From assembly GCA_964016885.1 (NCBI GenBank), contig OZ024742.1:179490001-179554000 (forward strand): 64,000 bases of DNA, read 5' to 3'. This document shows positions 28,764-39,311 of the stretch, piece by piece. Source of the DNA: Eledone cirrhosa (taxonomy: Eukaryota). Position 1 is the first letter of the stretch. The number at the start of each line of letters is the position of its first letter. Both the position numbers and the translations under genes were made by a program. Below the pieces are notes generated by a model. That model was given only the letters and a program-made list of their open reading frames with translations, made no database searches and had not been told where the DNA came from.

Positions 28764-31700
28764 TAGATAGATAGAGAGAGAAGTACGGTAGCAGCCGACG
28801 TGTATGATAAAATTATATATTTATGAATACAGAGTGTGTAACCGAGACTGCACCAATGTGTATAAATATATACCAATATCTAATATGTGAGCATGTAAAC
28901 ATGCTAGAAAATACGAGGTTCCCTGTGTATTGAAAAAATGATAAACATCTTAAATCGATTTTCATATCATTTTGGACCTTCGTCAGAAGACGTGTATATC
29001 ATCCAATCAACCACACGGAAATATCTATTAGATGTGTATATATACACCCATTCGCTCTTAGTACTATTCTGAAATAGGGGTACTAAATTGCATATAATTA
29101 GCGCTCGTGTGGGTAATTAATTATGATATATATTAAGAAGTGTGCTAACAGCTGAAATATATGATAAAGTTATACCTGTATAAATATAGTGTGCGTAACC
29201 ACGACTGCACCAACATGTATAAATATATACACATATATATTATGTAGGCATATAAGCATGCCAGAAAATACGAATTTGCCTGAAAATTGAAAATAATAGT
29301 TAAGAAAATCAAGCAAAGTATTCCTAGAGATGTGAAAAAGTGGGCAGAATTGCATGTGAGGAATCTAACCCAACATCTCTCGGATGCTAAATAGCATCTA
29401 CCCACCGATTCTGTCCTTTTAAAAGATCTGAAGCCTGTAAATACACGTGTAAGCAAAGCATGTTGTTTCACTCAACATCGATTACATGTGTAAAAATTGC
29501 AAATGCCCTCAACTTGATGATAACATTTTATCCTCAATTGATTTTATTAGCACATTGTTTTTCATAAACCCTTCTTATCACTACACACTAACACCCACAC
29601 ATGTACCAGAGTTATATTAAAAGGACACCCCTGATGAGAATGACCAATTTGAAAATTGTTCTTAAGCAAGAAACTCTAGTATTCTGATCAAACTCTTAAT
29701 CTATAATGGGTTACTGCAACTACGATTTGTAAAACCTTTGAACGATATAGTAATAACACCAGCCTGCATTGAGAAATGCTGAATACGAAACAAGATATGT
29801 ATATGTCAGTTTGCCATGTATTTTATATAATATAAGACATTTATATATAAAATATATATATTTTCAACAGATACGTTAAATATTTCGAAGAATATAAAGA
29901 TTTCCGAACTAGTTTTATTTACAACAACATCATGTATGGCCTGGCAACTTATATTACTGAGAAACTGGCGAACACAACATGGGAAAATGCGGTTTCAGAG
30001 AAGATTCTTTGGCCGTTAGAAATGTTTGACACGATGTTTAGCACAAGATCTGATGAAAATTGGGAAAATATTGCAAGGTCCTACGTAGAACAAGATGGCA
30101 AGAAACTCGTACAGGTGCCAACTTTCTTCAAACGGTACGTATATTATTTTCTATATTTTTGTTACACTTTTACTGGTTTCAGTCATCAGAGTGTGGCCAT
30201 GATGTAGCACTAGTTTTAAAAGAGATCAATCGACCATATTGACTCCAGTACTTATTATTCTTTTATTTGTTCAAGTCAGGAAATTATTTTATCGAAAGCG
30301 TTTTTGTAAAGCCGCTGCATTACAGGACATAGGCACAGATACGGTCCTAAACAGGGTTGTTTTTGTTGCTGTTGTTGTTGGTGGTGGCGGTGGTGATGTT
30401 AATGAGAGATTGATAGTTATGATGGGGATGGTGATGATAATGATGGTAATGATGATGATGATAGTGATGGAGAGGAGGATTCTCCAGCTAGATCATTAAT
30501 TGAGGATTTTTCGCATTTCCGTATTCGTTCTTTATGCTTAGTTTAGAAAAATAACGTCATTAAAAATCCATAATTACTAGGGTTTTATGATGGATTCAAT
30601 CCTTTTAAATTGGTGCCCCAGCATGGCCACAGTCTAGTGTCTAAAACCTATAAAAAAAAAGAATATATACAAAGAAACGAAAGATTACTATATTACGAAC
30701 AACTGACTCTCAATTTTTTGCATCTTTACAGGAGATGGGCTAACATAGGCGGTTCCGGTGCAATGCAGTCTTCCGCTAATGATATGTCGAAATGGATGCG
30801 ATTTCTCTTCAACGGAAACACCTCGTTTCTCTGCAATCTTTTCCGCATTCGTAATTCTGGAATGCAAACCAAGAATGTGTTCCGTAAACCAGACATGCCT
30901 ATCTCTTACATCAATGAACAATATGCACTTGGATGGAAGCGAGGTTATTATAGAGGTTAGTTCAGAGGTTTTATCTTGCGTTGTGAAGATGCATATCTTA
31001 GATATTCGTGTGCTCGGCTCACGGTCGTAACTCGTGAGTTCAATTCCCGGTCGTGCGTCGTTTTATTTCACGTTGCTCCAATCCACCCAGCTAGGAAAAA
31101 AATGAGTTGTACCTGCAATTCCAAGGATCAGCCTAGTTAGATACTCTCAAGATAAATCTCCCGGCAAACTAAGTTTACAGTTTTATACCCCACCCCTGAA
31201 AACACCCTTGGTTCGTTCATATAATACTGCAGATTTCATATTCATACTAAAATTTTCAAATAAGGTTCCAAACATCAGGTTCATAAAGATAAAGTTAGTT
31301 ATTTTACTATAAATTATTTTTTAATTATTATTTTTAAAATATTTTAAACACACTGGCTGTCTAGTTTATTAGATCTATGGTAACAAAACGGTTAATGTCC
31401 CACAAATATTTCAAGAGGAAGCTGTTTCCTTCATCGAACAACTGAAACTGCCATCGTCAGAACCGACTTCGGACCAATACATATTTGTTTTATTATATTG
31501 TATAGTCTGGACCGTAACTCCCGAGGAAGTTGTTGGGGCGGCATAATGATATAGGGCCTTTCTGGGGGCATTTTAAAACCTAGCGGAACCCTTCTCCTCT
31601 TTAGGTCTGAATACAGCAGATTCCTTCTAGAGAAGGACAGAGATTGAGGGAAAGTAAGTTAGAAAGAGATATAGAAGAAGGATCGACCCCAGTACTAGAC

Positions 31701-32702
31701 TAGTACATTTGTATCGACCCCGAATGGATGAAAGGCAAAATTGACTTCGGTGGGATTTGAACTGAAAAAGCAGAGAGCCGAAAGGAATACCGCAAATCAT
31801 TCTATCCGACGCCCTAAAGACTGCCAATCCGTCGTTATATTATTCATTTATTGTTATTGGGTCGTCAAGTATGAAATTTGTAGAAAAGAAATTTCTACAA
31901 ATTTCATACTTGACGACCCAATATAATATTCATTTTAAAAAGAAAGACACGGTTTCGATCTCAAACTAAGAGTTTTTTATATTGCAATCTGTTAACCTTC
32001 AACAACAGGTGTTTGCAATTTTTGTTTGTCTTGTTATAGTTTTTTTTTCAATTATTTACTAGTGCGTTAGGAGTTACTGTTTATAAATTTACTTTAATTT
32101 TATTATTTCTATTTATTTGTTTGTTTGTTTGTTTTACAGGATATCCTATTGTAGTCCATACTGGGACAAGTTGGGGAGATAATTCGGTTTTGACCTTATT
32201 TCCAGAAGAAAAACTCGGAGTTTTCGTCACCCTTACTGGTTCGGATTACAGGCATACGAAAAGGATATTATTAATGCAATACGTGGCTGATCTATTCCTT
32301 GGTGTTGAACCCTGGATGAACGCGACTTCCATCAAGGATTTCAATCCTCCGAAACCTAAATACAAATGTAGAAATATGTCTAGAAAGAGAAACCCTGTTA
32401 ATATAATTCCCAGAAATTTTACTAATTTCGCTGGAACTTATAGTCATCCTTTATGGGGAAATATTGATATGACGTACGACAATTCATTGGGAAAACTGTT
32501 GTTAACTTACGGATTTGCAACGTTTCAGTTAATTCCAAATAATCGTACGCTTAATACTTTCAAAGCAAGAGGAGTTGGAAGAATGAGTTTCATGAGATTG
32601 TCTTCGGTGTATTTCGATTATAGCCCCAATAAAGGAATTGTATCCATTACTATCCCATCATTCGAGAAGTTAATGCCACCAACGTTTGTGAAAATTAATT
32701 AA
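23384..32702 (+). CDS. Secreted serine beta-lactamase/penicillin-binding-protein-fold hydrolase (AmpC/Flp/gigasin-6-like) with a DUF3471-like C-terminus; 5 exons, 522 aa
   Basis: Exons 23384-23736, 28271-28435, 29871-30134, 30732-30955 and 32140-32702 join through GT-AG introns with matching phases (2,2,2,1) into 1569 nt without stops. Motifs: hydrophobic N-terminus, FGIASLTK (SxxK), DLLSHRMG, FIYNN (YxN), GGSGAMQSSANDMSKW, YALGW, VVHTG and FAGTYSHPLWG. Confidence 0.92.
24525..24720 (+). mobile_element. SINE family A (intron 1)
   Basis: A-box and B-box plus gcctttcatccttacggggtcgataaaat. Confidence 0.8.
25020..25300 (-). mobile_element. Two diverged SINE family A-related fragments (intron 1)
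   Basis: gatttgaactcg and gaaaggatgaaaggcaaagttgac cores. Confidence 0.6.
25730..27815 (-). mobile_element. Decayed Gypsy LTR-retrotransposon pol fragment (RT-RNaseH-IN) in intron 1
   Basis: IPKTAI.T.F.LF.FLRMPFGLRNAA, IYTDHKPL..RQLDYISQY, and integrase-like VHIDI..LTCVDR. Multiple frameshifts. Confidence 0.85.
27958..28075 (+). mobile_element. SINE family B
   Basis: ggaggcgtgtggcttagtggtt A-box, B-box and tgtgtccttgagcaagac. Confidence 0.75.
28271..28435 (+). CDS. Beta-lactamase-like gene exon 2 (DLLSHRMG)
   Basis: Acceptor ttttag| and donor ga|gtaagt. Confidence 0.9.
29871..30134 (+). CDS. Beta-lactamase-like gene exon 3 (YxN motif)
   Basis: Acceptor ttcaacag|, FRTSFIYNNIMYGL, and donor cg|gtacgt. 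Confidence 0.9.
30732..30955 (+). CDS. Beta-lactamase-like gene exon 4
   Basis: Acceptor tttacag|, GGSGAMQSSANDMSKW..YALGW, and donor g|gttagt. Confidence 0.9.
30995..31140 (+). mobile_element. SINE family B (intron 4)
   Basis: gagttcaattcccgg and ttatttcacgttgctcca. Confidence 0.65.
31680..31835 (-). mobile_element. SINE family A-related (intron 4)
   Basis: atcgaccccg..ggatgaaaggcaaaattgacttcgg.gggatttgaact. Confidence 0.75.
31855..31923. mobile_element. Minimal mariner-type MITE: two 30-bp TIRs, a 5-bp spacer and TA flanks
   Basis: ta-ttgggtcgtcaagtatgaaatttgtagaaa-agaaa-tttctacaaatttcatacttgacgacccaa-ta. Confidence 0.75.
32140..32702 (+). CDS. Beta-lactamase-like gene exon 5 (HTG motif, DUF3471-like domain, stop)
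   Basis: Acceptor ttttacag|, YPIVVHTGTSWG, and TAA at 32700-32702. Confidence 0.9.
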
Positions 32703-32829
32703 AGAGCAAAGAAGAAAGTAAAGCAATATTCTAACCAACCACGAATAACTTGGAAGATTTTCAAATTTCATAGAGGCAATTGTACTAATACACACATACA
32801 TCATTCACGCATAACATAAAATTCAATAC

Positions 32830-32907
<78 letters not shown>

Positions 32908-32922
32908 GTATATTTGTATATG

Positions 32923-32956
<34 letters not shown>

Positions 32957-32982
32957 TGTATGTATGTATGTGTGTATGTGCT

Positions 32983-33235
32983 AGGAAAACCGAGGAAGTT
33001 TCGTTGACATGTATAAGATTTTTATTGTATATCGACCCGTTACGCGCGTTTTGCAGAGGATTGGTTCAAGGTCACCCATAGGAGTTATGGACCCGACTCC
33101 ATTATCGATATGCTCCTCAGACTGGCATTGTCACATCGCTAATATGAAGAGCAGATCGATAATGGAATCGGGTAACAGGTCGATAAACAATAAAAATTTT
33201 TTGCATGTAAACGAAATTTCCTTGAAAATTTCTCG
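32983..33235. repeat. Imperfect fold-back or MITE downstream of the gene
   Basis: tttcgttgacatg..tttttattgt.tatcgacc.gttac pairs with gtaac.ggtcgata.acaataaaaa..catgtaaacgaaa. The inner stem is cccgactccattatcgat / atcgataatggaatcggg. Confidence 0.65.
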
Positions 33236-33455
33236 TTTTTGTAATATAAACATTCTGCTGTGTATAGAGTGCTTGTTTTGGTACCACCACCACTAATTCA
33301 TTGAATCACTCACACACGCACATGCACACGCAGACATACACACATACACACATACACACATATATATATATATATATGCATACAGCTTTGATAACTTTCG
33401 GCTAATATTGATCCAGGTCATGTCTAACTTGTAGACCAGCTGTAGCACAACCTGG

Positions 33456-33484
<29 letters not shown>

Positions 33485-33489
<5 letters not shown>

Positions 33490-34060
33490 GGATTTACAGA
33501 GGCGCTTGAAACGTTGCGATCCAAACTCAGACGTCGCTATAAATAATAACATATCTGGTATTGAGTGTAGTTATGATATCTTTTTCTCGTTAATAACGAG
33601 GTAGGGGTTATCAATTTCCACATAGTTGACCTCCACCCACTCTCACTTGATAATTGTTTTTTTTTTACTCTCGCAATAAACATCTCTACATTTAGTATTG
33701 TTGTTGTTTGTTTGTTTGTTCTACTATGCCAGGATGGACATTTACAGCTTCTATATAAACCAGCTTTACTACAGCCACCACCTCTCGTAACCACCTGGTT
33801 CCATACCAGCAACCAGGTGCATTCGGCAACTAGTCCAGGCTAGGCTTCACTGCTCGTCAAGCCGAAGAGTGCAAACTATCGAAATATCGGTTGCTCTCTG
33901 ATAGGTTCGTGATCGAAATTGTAGCAGTGGAGACTTCCAGCGTTCTTGGGGGCGAATTTGGCCACACAGAAAAGTTAGCACCGCCAGTTGGAGTGACTAT
34001 TCCAACACCCCTCCTTCATCATACCCCATTCTGTCTACTGCGAATGCGAGACTGCCTGCA
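33485..34060. repeat. Head of the duplicated composite unit (copy 1), possibly Penelope pseudo-LTR-derived
   Basis: Highly similar to 48729-49340, follows a (TA)n tract, and has hammerhead-like tgatga/gaaac words. Confidence 0.7.
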
Positions 34061-36855
34061 GAAATAAAAGGGAAAGAAGGGGAGAGGAATGGGGAGTGAG
34101 GAGGTGAAGGAGGAATGGAAGACATAGGGGTAAAGAAGGTGAATAGAGATAAAGAGGGGGAAAGTCGAAGAAAGAGAAGCAAAGAGGGCGAACGAGGGGA
34201 CACGAGAGTGGGGAAAGAGGGGAGGAAACTGTGGAGAGGTGAGAAAGGTGAGTGGGGAGAATGAAGGCGGTGAGGAAACAGAGGGGAGTGGATAAAGTGG
34301 CAGGAAAGGGGGTAAGAAGTTGTAGAGGGGAAGAAGAGATAAAATGGGGAAAGAAGGAAATGAGGGAAAGAGGAGAGAAATGGGTAAGAAGAGGAACAGG
34401 GATAAAAGAAGAGGGGCAGGGGGAAAGAGGGATAAGTGTGCTAAGTGGTAAAGAGGAAAGAGTGATAAGTGGGGGAATGAGGGAGGGAAGTGGTAAAGAA
34501 GCGAAGAAAGGATAAGTAGGAAGGGGGGAAATAGGTTGAAATTGTGGGAAAGGGAGGCCAGCGACGAGAGTGAAGAAGGGGGTGAGGGGGATAATGGCAG
34601 ACATAGTGGGGGGACGTCGAGGAAAAGGGGGAAGTGAAGGGAGAAGAGAAGGAGAATTAGGAGAATCGGGAAAGTCAGGAAGGTGAAAAATGTGAGGGGA
34701 ATGTAGAAGAGAAGGAGGGGTGAGGAAGGGAAGAATAGGAGGAGAGAGGAAGTGGATGAAGGGGAGGAAAGGGGAAGGGGAGAAAGGTTTGGAATGTCTG
34801 ACATAGGTGTAAGTGGTAGAAAGAGATATAAAGAGGTGGAAAGAGGAGGGAGTAGGGGAAGAATGTGAAGAACCGGTAAAGAGGGGAAAACAGAAGGAAA
34901 GAGAGGAAATGTTAAGGGAAAGGGAGGGGGAAATGAGGAGAGTGAGGAAGGGGAGGACTGGCTAGAAGGAGAGAACAAAGAGGAGAGGGGCGTAGGTGAG
35001 AAAGAGATGGATAAAAAGGGGAGAAAGGAGAGGAAAAAGGAGACGAAGTGGGAGGAAACAGTTGAAAGAGGGGGAATATCGGGAAGAGGAGCAGTGTGAG
35101 AAGATGAGATAAAGAAAGAAAAAAGAGAAAGAGGGGGAAATAGAAGGAAAGGCCGGAAGGTGAAGTAGGGAAGAAATGGGAGGAATGGGATGAATGAAGA
35201 AGATGGGGAAGAAGGGGAAGGAACGGAGCAATTGTGTTAAAGAGAGACGAAGAGGGGGTAAGGGGAGGAAAGGAAGGACGAGCAGGGGAGAAAGAGGAGG
35301 AAGGGAAGGAAAGAGTGGGAACTGGGGTAAGATAAGAAAGATGAGTTGGAAAGGGAGGTAAAGTGTGGGAAAGAGGACAAGATTGGGAACGAGGAAAAAA
35401 GGAGAAACAGAGGCAAATAAGGAAAAGGGAGAAATAGGGAAAACAGAGGCAAAGTGGGAAAAGAGGCAGAATAGGTGAAACAGAGGCAAAGAAAGAAGAG
35501 GGAGAAATATGGGAAACACGGGCAAAGAACAAAGTGGGAAAATAGGGAAACAGAGGCAAAGAAGGAAGAGGGAGAGATAGGGAAAACAGAGGCAAAGTGG
35601 GAAAAGTGGGAGAAATAGGGGAAACAGAGGCAAAGAAGGAACAGAGGGGAGAGAGATAAGAGAGGTTAAGAAGACGTTAGAAAGGAAAGGGAGAGAAGTC
35701 ACGAAGTGAAGGTGTCGATGGGGATGAATGTGGAAACGGGAGGAAGGGGAGGAAAGGCAAAATGAGATGAAAGGGGATCGATTGATGGAAAAGGGGATGA
35801 AAAGTGGAAAATAAGTGGAAGGGTGAGGCAGGGGTGGCCATAGAGGTAAGATGGATAGAGCAAGGAGTGCAATGGAAACAAGGATAGAAAGCACAACAAG
35901 GAGAGTAAGGAGGGTAAGGAAAGTAAAGAGAACAAGGAGAGTAAAGAGAGCAAGAAGAGCAAGGAGTGTAAATAGAGTAAGGAGAGCAAGGAGTGTAAAG
36001 AGAGTAAAAAGAGCAAGGAGTGTAAAGAGAGTAAGGAGAACAAGGAGAGACTGAGAGCAAGGAGAGTAATGGGAGCAAGGAGAGCAAGAAGCAGTGAGGA
36101 GAGTAAGGAGAGCAAGGAGTGTAAAGAGAGTAAAAAGAGCAAGGAGTGTAAATAGAGTAAGGAGAACAAGGAGAGACTGAGAGCATGGAGTGCAATGGAA
36201 ACAAGGATAGAAAGCACAACAAGGAGAGTAAGGAGGGTAAGGAAAGTAAAGAGAACAAGGAGAGTAAAGAGAGCAAGAAGAGCAAGGAGTGTAAATAGAG
36301 TAAGGAGAGCAAGGAGTGTAAAGAGAGTAAAAAGAGCAAGGAGTGTAAAGAGAGTAAGGAGAACAAGGAGAGACTGAGAGCAAGGAGAGTAATGGGAGCA
36401 AGGAGAGCAAGAAGCAGTGAGGAGAGTAAGGAGAGCAAGGAGTGTAAAGAGAGTAAAAAGAGCAAGGAGTGTAAATAGAGTAAGGAGAACAAGGAGAGCA
36501 CGGAGAGCTAGGACAGTAAGAGGGATACGGAGAAAGTGATCGGTGTGCAAGGAAGAAGTCTGTAAGAGAGCATGGAGAGCAAGTGATGTGTGTGTAAAAA
36601 TACTAGGAGAGCAAGGATAGCAGGTAAAGCATGGAAAATGTGTGTAAGAGTGCAAGGAGAGCAAAGAAAGCAGCGACCATAAGGAGAGCAAAGAGGGGAC
36701 GTTGTGCAGGAAAGAAGAGGAAAGAGTGGGGAAGTCAGGGAGAACGAGAAAAAGGGAAGGAAAGAGAAAGAATTAGAGGGAAACAGAGGTGAGATAGAGG
36801 GAAATGGGAAAAGGCGGTAATATGAGGGGGAAAAGAGGTAGAGGGAAGAAAAACT
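34060..36855 (+). repeat. ~2.8-kb polypurine/polypyrimidine low-complexity tract with internal 27-, ~36- and 323-bp repeats (copy 1)
   Basis: The plus strand is overwhelmingly A/G. Units include agagcaaggagtgtaaagagagtaagg and gaaacagaggcaaagaaggaagagggagaaatagg. Confidence 0.92.
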
Positions 36856-36857
36856 TC

Positions 36858-37780
36858 AACCTAGAAATATGTACCTTCTACCTAGAAATAGGTACGATCC
36901 ACCTAGAAATATGTACCTTCTACCTAGTAATATGTACCATCCAGCTAGAAACATGTACTATCTATCTAGAAATATGTACCTACTACCTAGAAATATTTAC
37001 CTCCTACCTAGAAATAAATACCCTCTACTAGAAATATGTACCTTCTGCCTAAAAATATGTAACTTCTACCTAAAAATATGTACCATCCACCTAGAAATAT
37101 GTACCATCTACTTACATATAAGTACCTTCTGCCTAGAAATATGTACCATCTACTTACATATAAGTACCTTCTGCCTAGAAATATGCACCATCTACCTAGA
37201 AATATGTACCTCCTACCTAGAAATATGTACCATCTAACTAGAAATATGTACCTCCTACCTAGAAATAAGTACCTCCTACCTAGAAATATGTACCTTCTAC
37301 CTAGAAATATGTACCTCCTACCTAGAAATATGTACCTCCTACCTAGAAATATGTACCATCTACCTAGAAATATGTACCATCTACCTAGAAATATGTACTT
37401 TCTACCTAGAAATATGTACCTCCTACCTAGAAATATGTACCATCTACCTAGAAATATGTACTTTCTACCTAGAAATATGTACCATCTACCTAGAAATATG
37501 TACTTTCTACCTAGAAATATGTACCTCCTACCTAGAAATATGTACTTTCTACCTAGAAATATGTACCATCAACCTAGAAATATGTACTTTCTACCTAGAA
37601 ATATGTACCATCTACCTAGAAATATGTACTTTCTACCTAGAAATATGTACCATCTACCTAGAAATATGTACTTTCTACCTAGAAATATGTACCTCCTACC
37701 TAGAAATAAGTACCTCCTATTTAGAAATAGGTACCTCCTACCTAGAAATGTATACCTCCTACCTAGAAATATGTACCATT
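36858..37780. repeat. 21-bp tandem satellite (ctacctagaaatatgtacNNN), ~44 units
   Basis: Seen directly. Confidence 0.97.
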
Positions 37781-37821
37781 TAGCTTTTACTGTAGCTTTT
37801 AATGTGTTTATTATCGGCTCT

Positions 37822-38100
37822 ATATTTTCTACGGATTGCATTGTACAGTGTTTTGGCCACTACATCATGCCTTATAGATAGATAGTACCGCGATGACATC
37901 TTTGGACAGTTGCTTATAACATGGGTGACATCTTCAATGTTAACTCAGCAGAGTCTGCACTTGTTATCACATCTAGGTGTTTTGCCTGCATCCCTATCTC
38001 TTTTGTGAATCAGGTATTTCGTATTGATTTCCTGTTCTTGGATTGCAAAAACGTATTCTTCAAAGTGGGAGCCAATATAGCGGTTGTTGGTCCAAGATAG
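37822..38100 (-). mobile_element. R4/Dong-like RLE non-LTR retrotransposon fragment (copy 1)
   Basis: Minus strand reads FAIQEQEI..KYL, NKCRLC..IEDVTHVISNC and RHDVVAK (CCHC knuckle). It has the same truncation point as 61290. Confidence 0.8.
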
Positions 38101-38509
38101 TATGTATGTATGTATGTATGTATGTATGTATGTATGTATGTATGTATGTATGTATGTATGTTGTTTTTTTTCTTAAGGCCCGGTCGCTGGTGATGGTGAT
38201 GGCGGCGGTGGTGGCGGTGGTGGCAGTTGATGTTGTTGTTGTGTTGTGTGCGTGTGTGTGTTTTGTTATTTTGAGTTTTTTTTTTGTTTGTTTGTTTTTT
38301 TGTTGTTGTTTTTTTTTATCTTTTGATGCCGCTGTTGTTGTTGTTGTAAATGTTAATTTCAGTTCATTCTGAAGCTGTTGTTGCTGTAAACATTAGTGCC
38401 GGTGTTGTTGTTGTAGATGTTGGGGTTGAAATCAGGTCGTTTGACTGAGTGATGTATATACACACATATACATATATATATATATATAAACACATCCAAC
38501 AGAGAGTAA

Positions 38510-38660
38510 TAATTTTTCTGCTTTTGGCACGGATCCAGCGGCTGGCCCAGCGCATCACTGGTACTCTCTTTTGTTGACTCCGTGGGGATGAAAGGCAAGG
38601 TTGACCTCGGCGATGTTTAATCTCAGAGCGTGGAGAGCCATAACTCTATGCTGTAAAGCA
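38510..38660 (-). mobile_element. SINE family A, diverged
   Basis: ctggtact..ggggatgaaaggcaaggttgacctcggc. Confidence 0.7.
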
Positions 38661-38763
38661 ATTATAATAATACTGGACTGTAATACGATCGGCTTCAACT
38701 ATACAAACTCTTGAAAGTCAACAGTTGACATAATCTTGTAATCTTGTATCAGTAATGACGGTA

Positions 38764-38799
<36 letters not shown>

Positions 38800-39311
38800 A
38801 AGTGAGTAGCGTATGTGTGTTTGTTTGTATGTATAAGTGTTGCTGTGTGCGCGCGTATGTATGCGTGTGTGTGCGCGCATATGTATGCGCGTGTGTGTAT
38901 GTCGTACGTATAAGTGTTAATAAGAGAGTTTTTTTTTTGTTTTTTTTTGCGCGCGTGGACATAGAAATAATCGGGCTGGATGCCCGATCGCGCAGTTAAA
39001 CCACTGGGAGTGAAGAACCCCTAGCCCTTGTCAGGGCATTCTTCTAGGAGAAGGCATCTCAGGAAACTGGGTTAACTCCGACATAAAACCTGCGGCTCAG
39101 TAGTTACCGATGATGTTGATCTTTTCTTCTTTTCGGGTTATAGCTACTGTCGCTCAGAGAGTGGGATTGGCTCAGTGCACAGTCTTTCCTCACTTTAAAA
39201 ATATTCGTCACGCACAGGCATTGCACGAGTGCATTAATAATTATTAATAGTGTACTATTATTATTATTATTACTATTATTATTACTTTTTTTTTTTTTTT
39301 TTTTCAATTCA

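Noticed and set aside
28804-29274. Imperfect ~115-bp direct repeats about 357 bp apart in intron 2
   Set aside because: Diverged, without TG..CA ends or a TSD. Probably an old local duplication.
31160-31570. Possible Tc1-like remnant in intron 4 (GGIMI.G-like)
   Set aside because: Only one weak motif and no confirmed TIR pair.
23384-32702. Bacterial contamination or antibiotic-resistance gene
   Set aside because: It has four spliceosomal GT-AG introns filled with host SINEs and a Gypsy remnant. The HTG motif and family context do not establish true beta-lactamase activity.
34019-36691. Long minus-strand Leu/Pro/Ser/Phe ORFs (up to 482 aa; also 49314-51840)
   Set aside because: A pyrimidine-only strand rarely forms stop codons. 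The ORFs overlap in all three frames and have no domain motifs.
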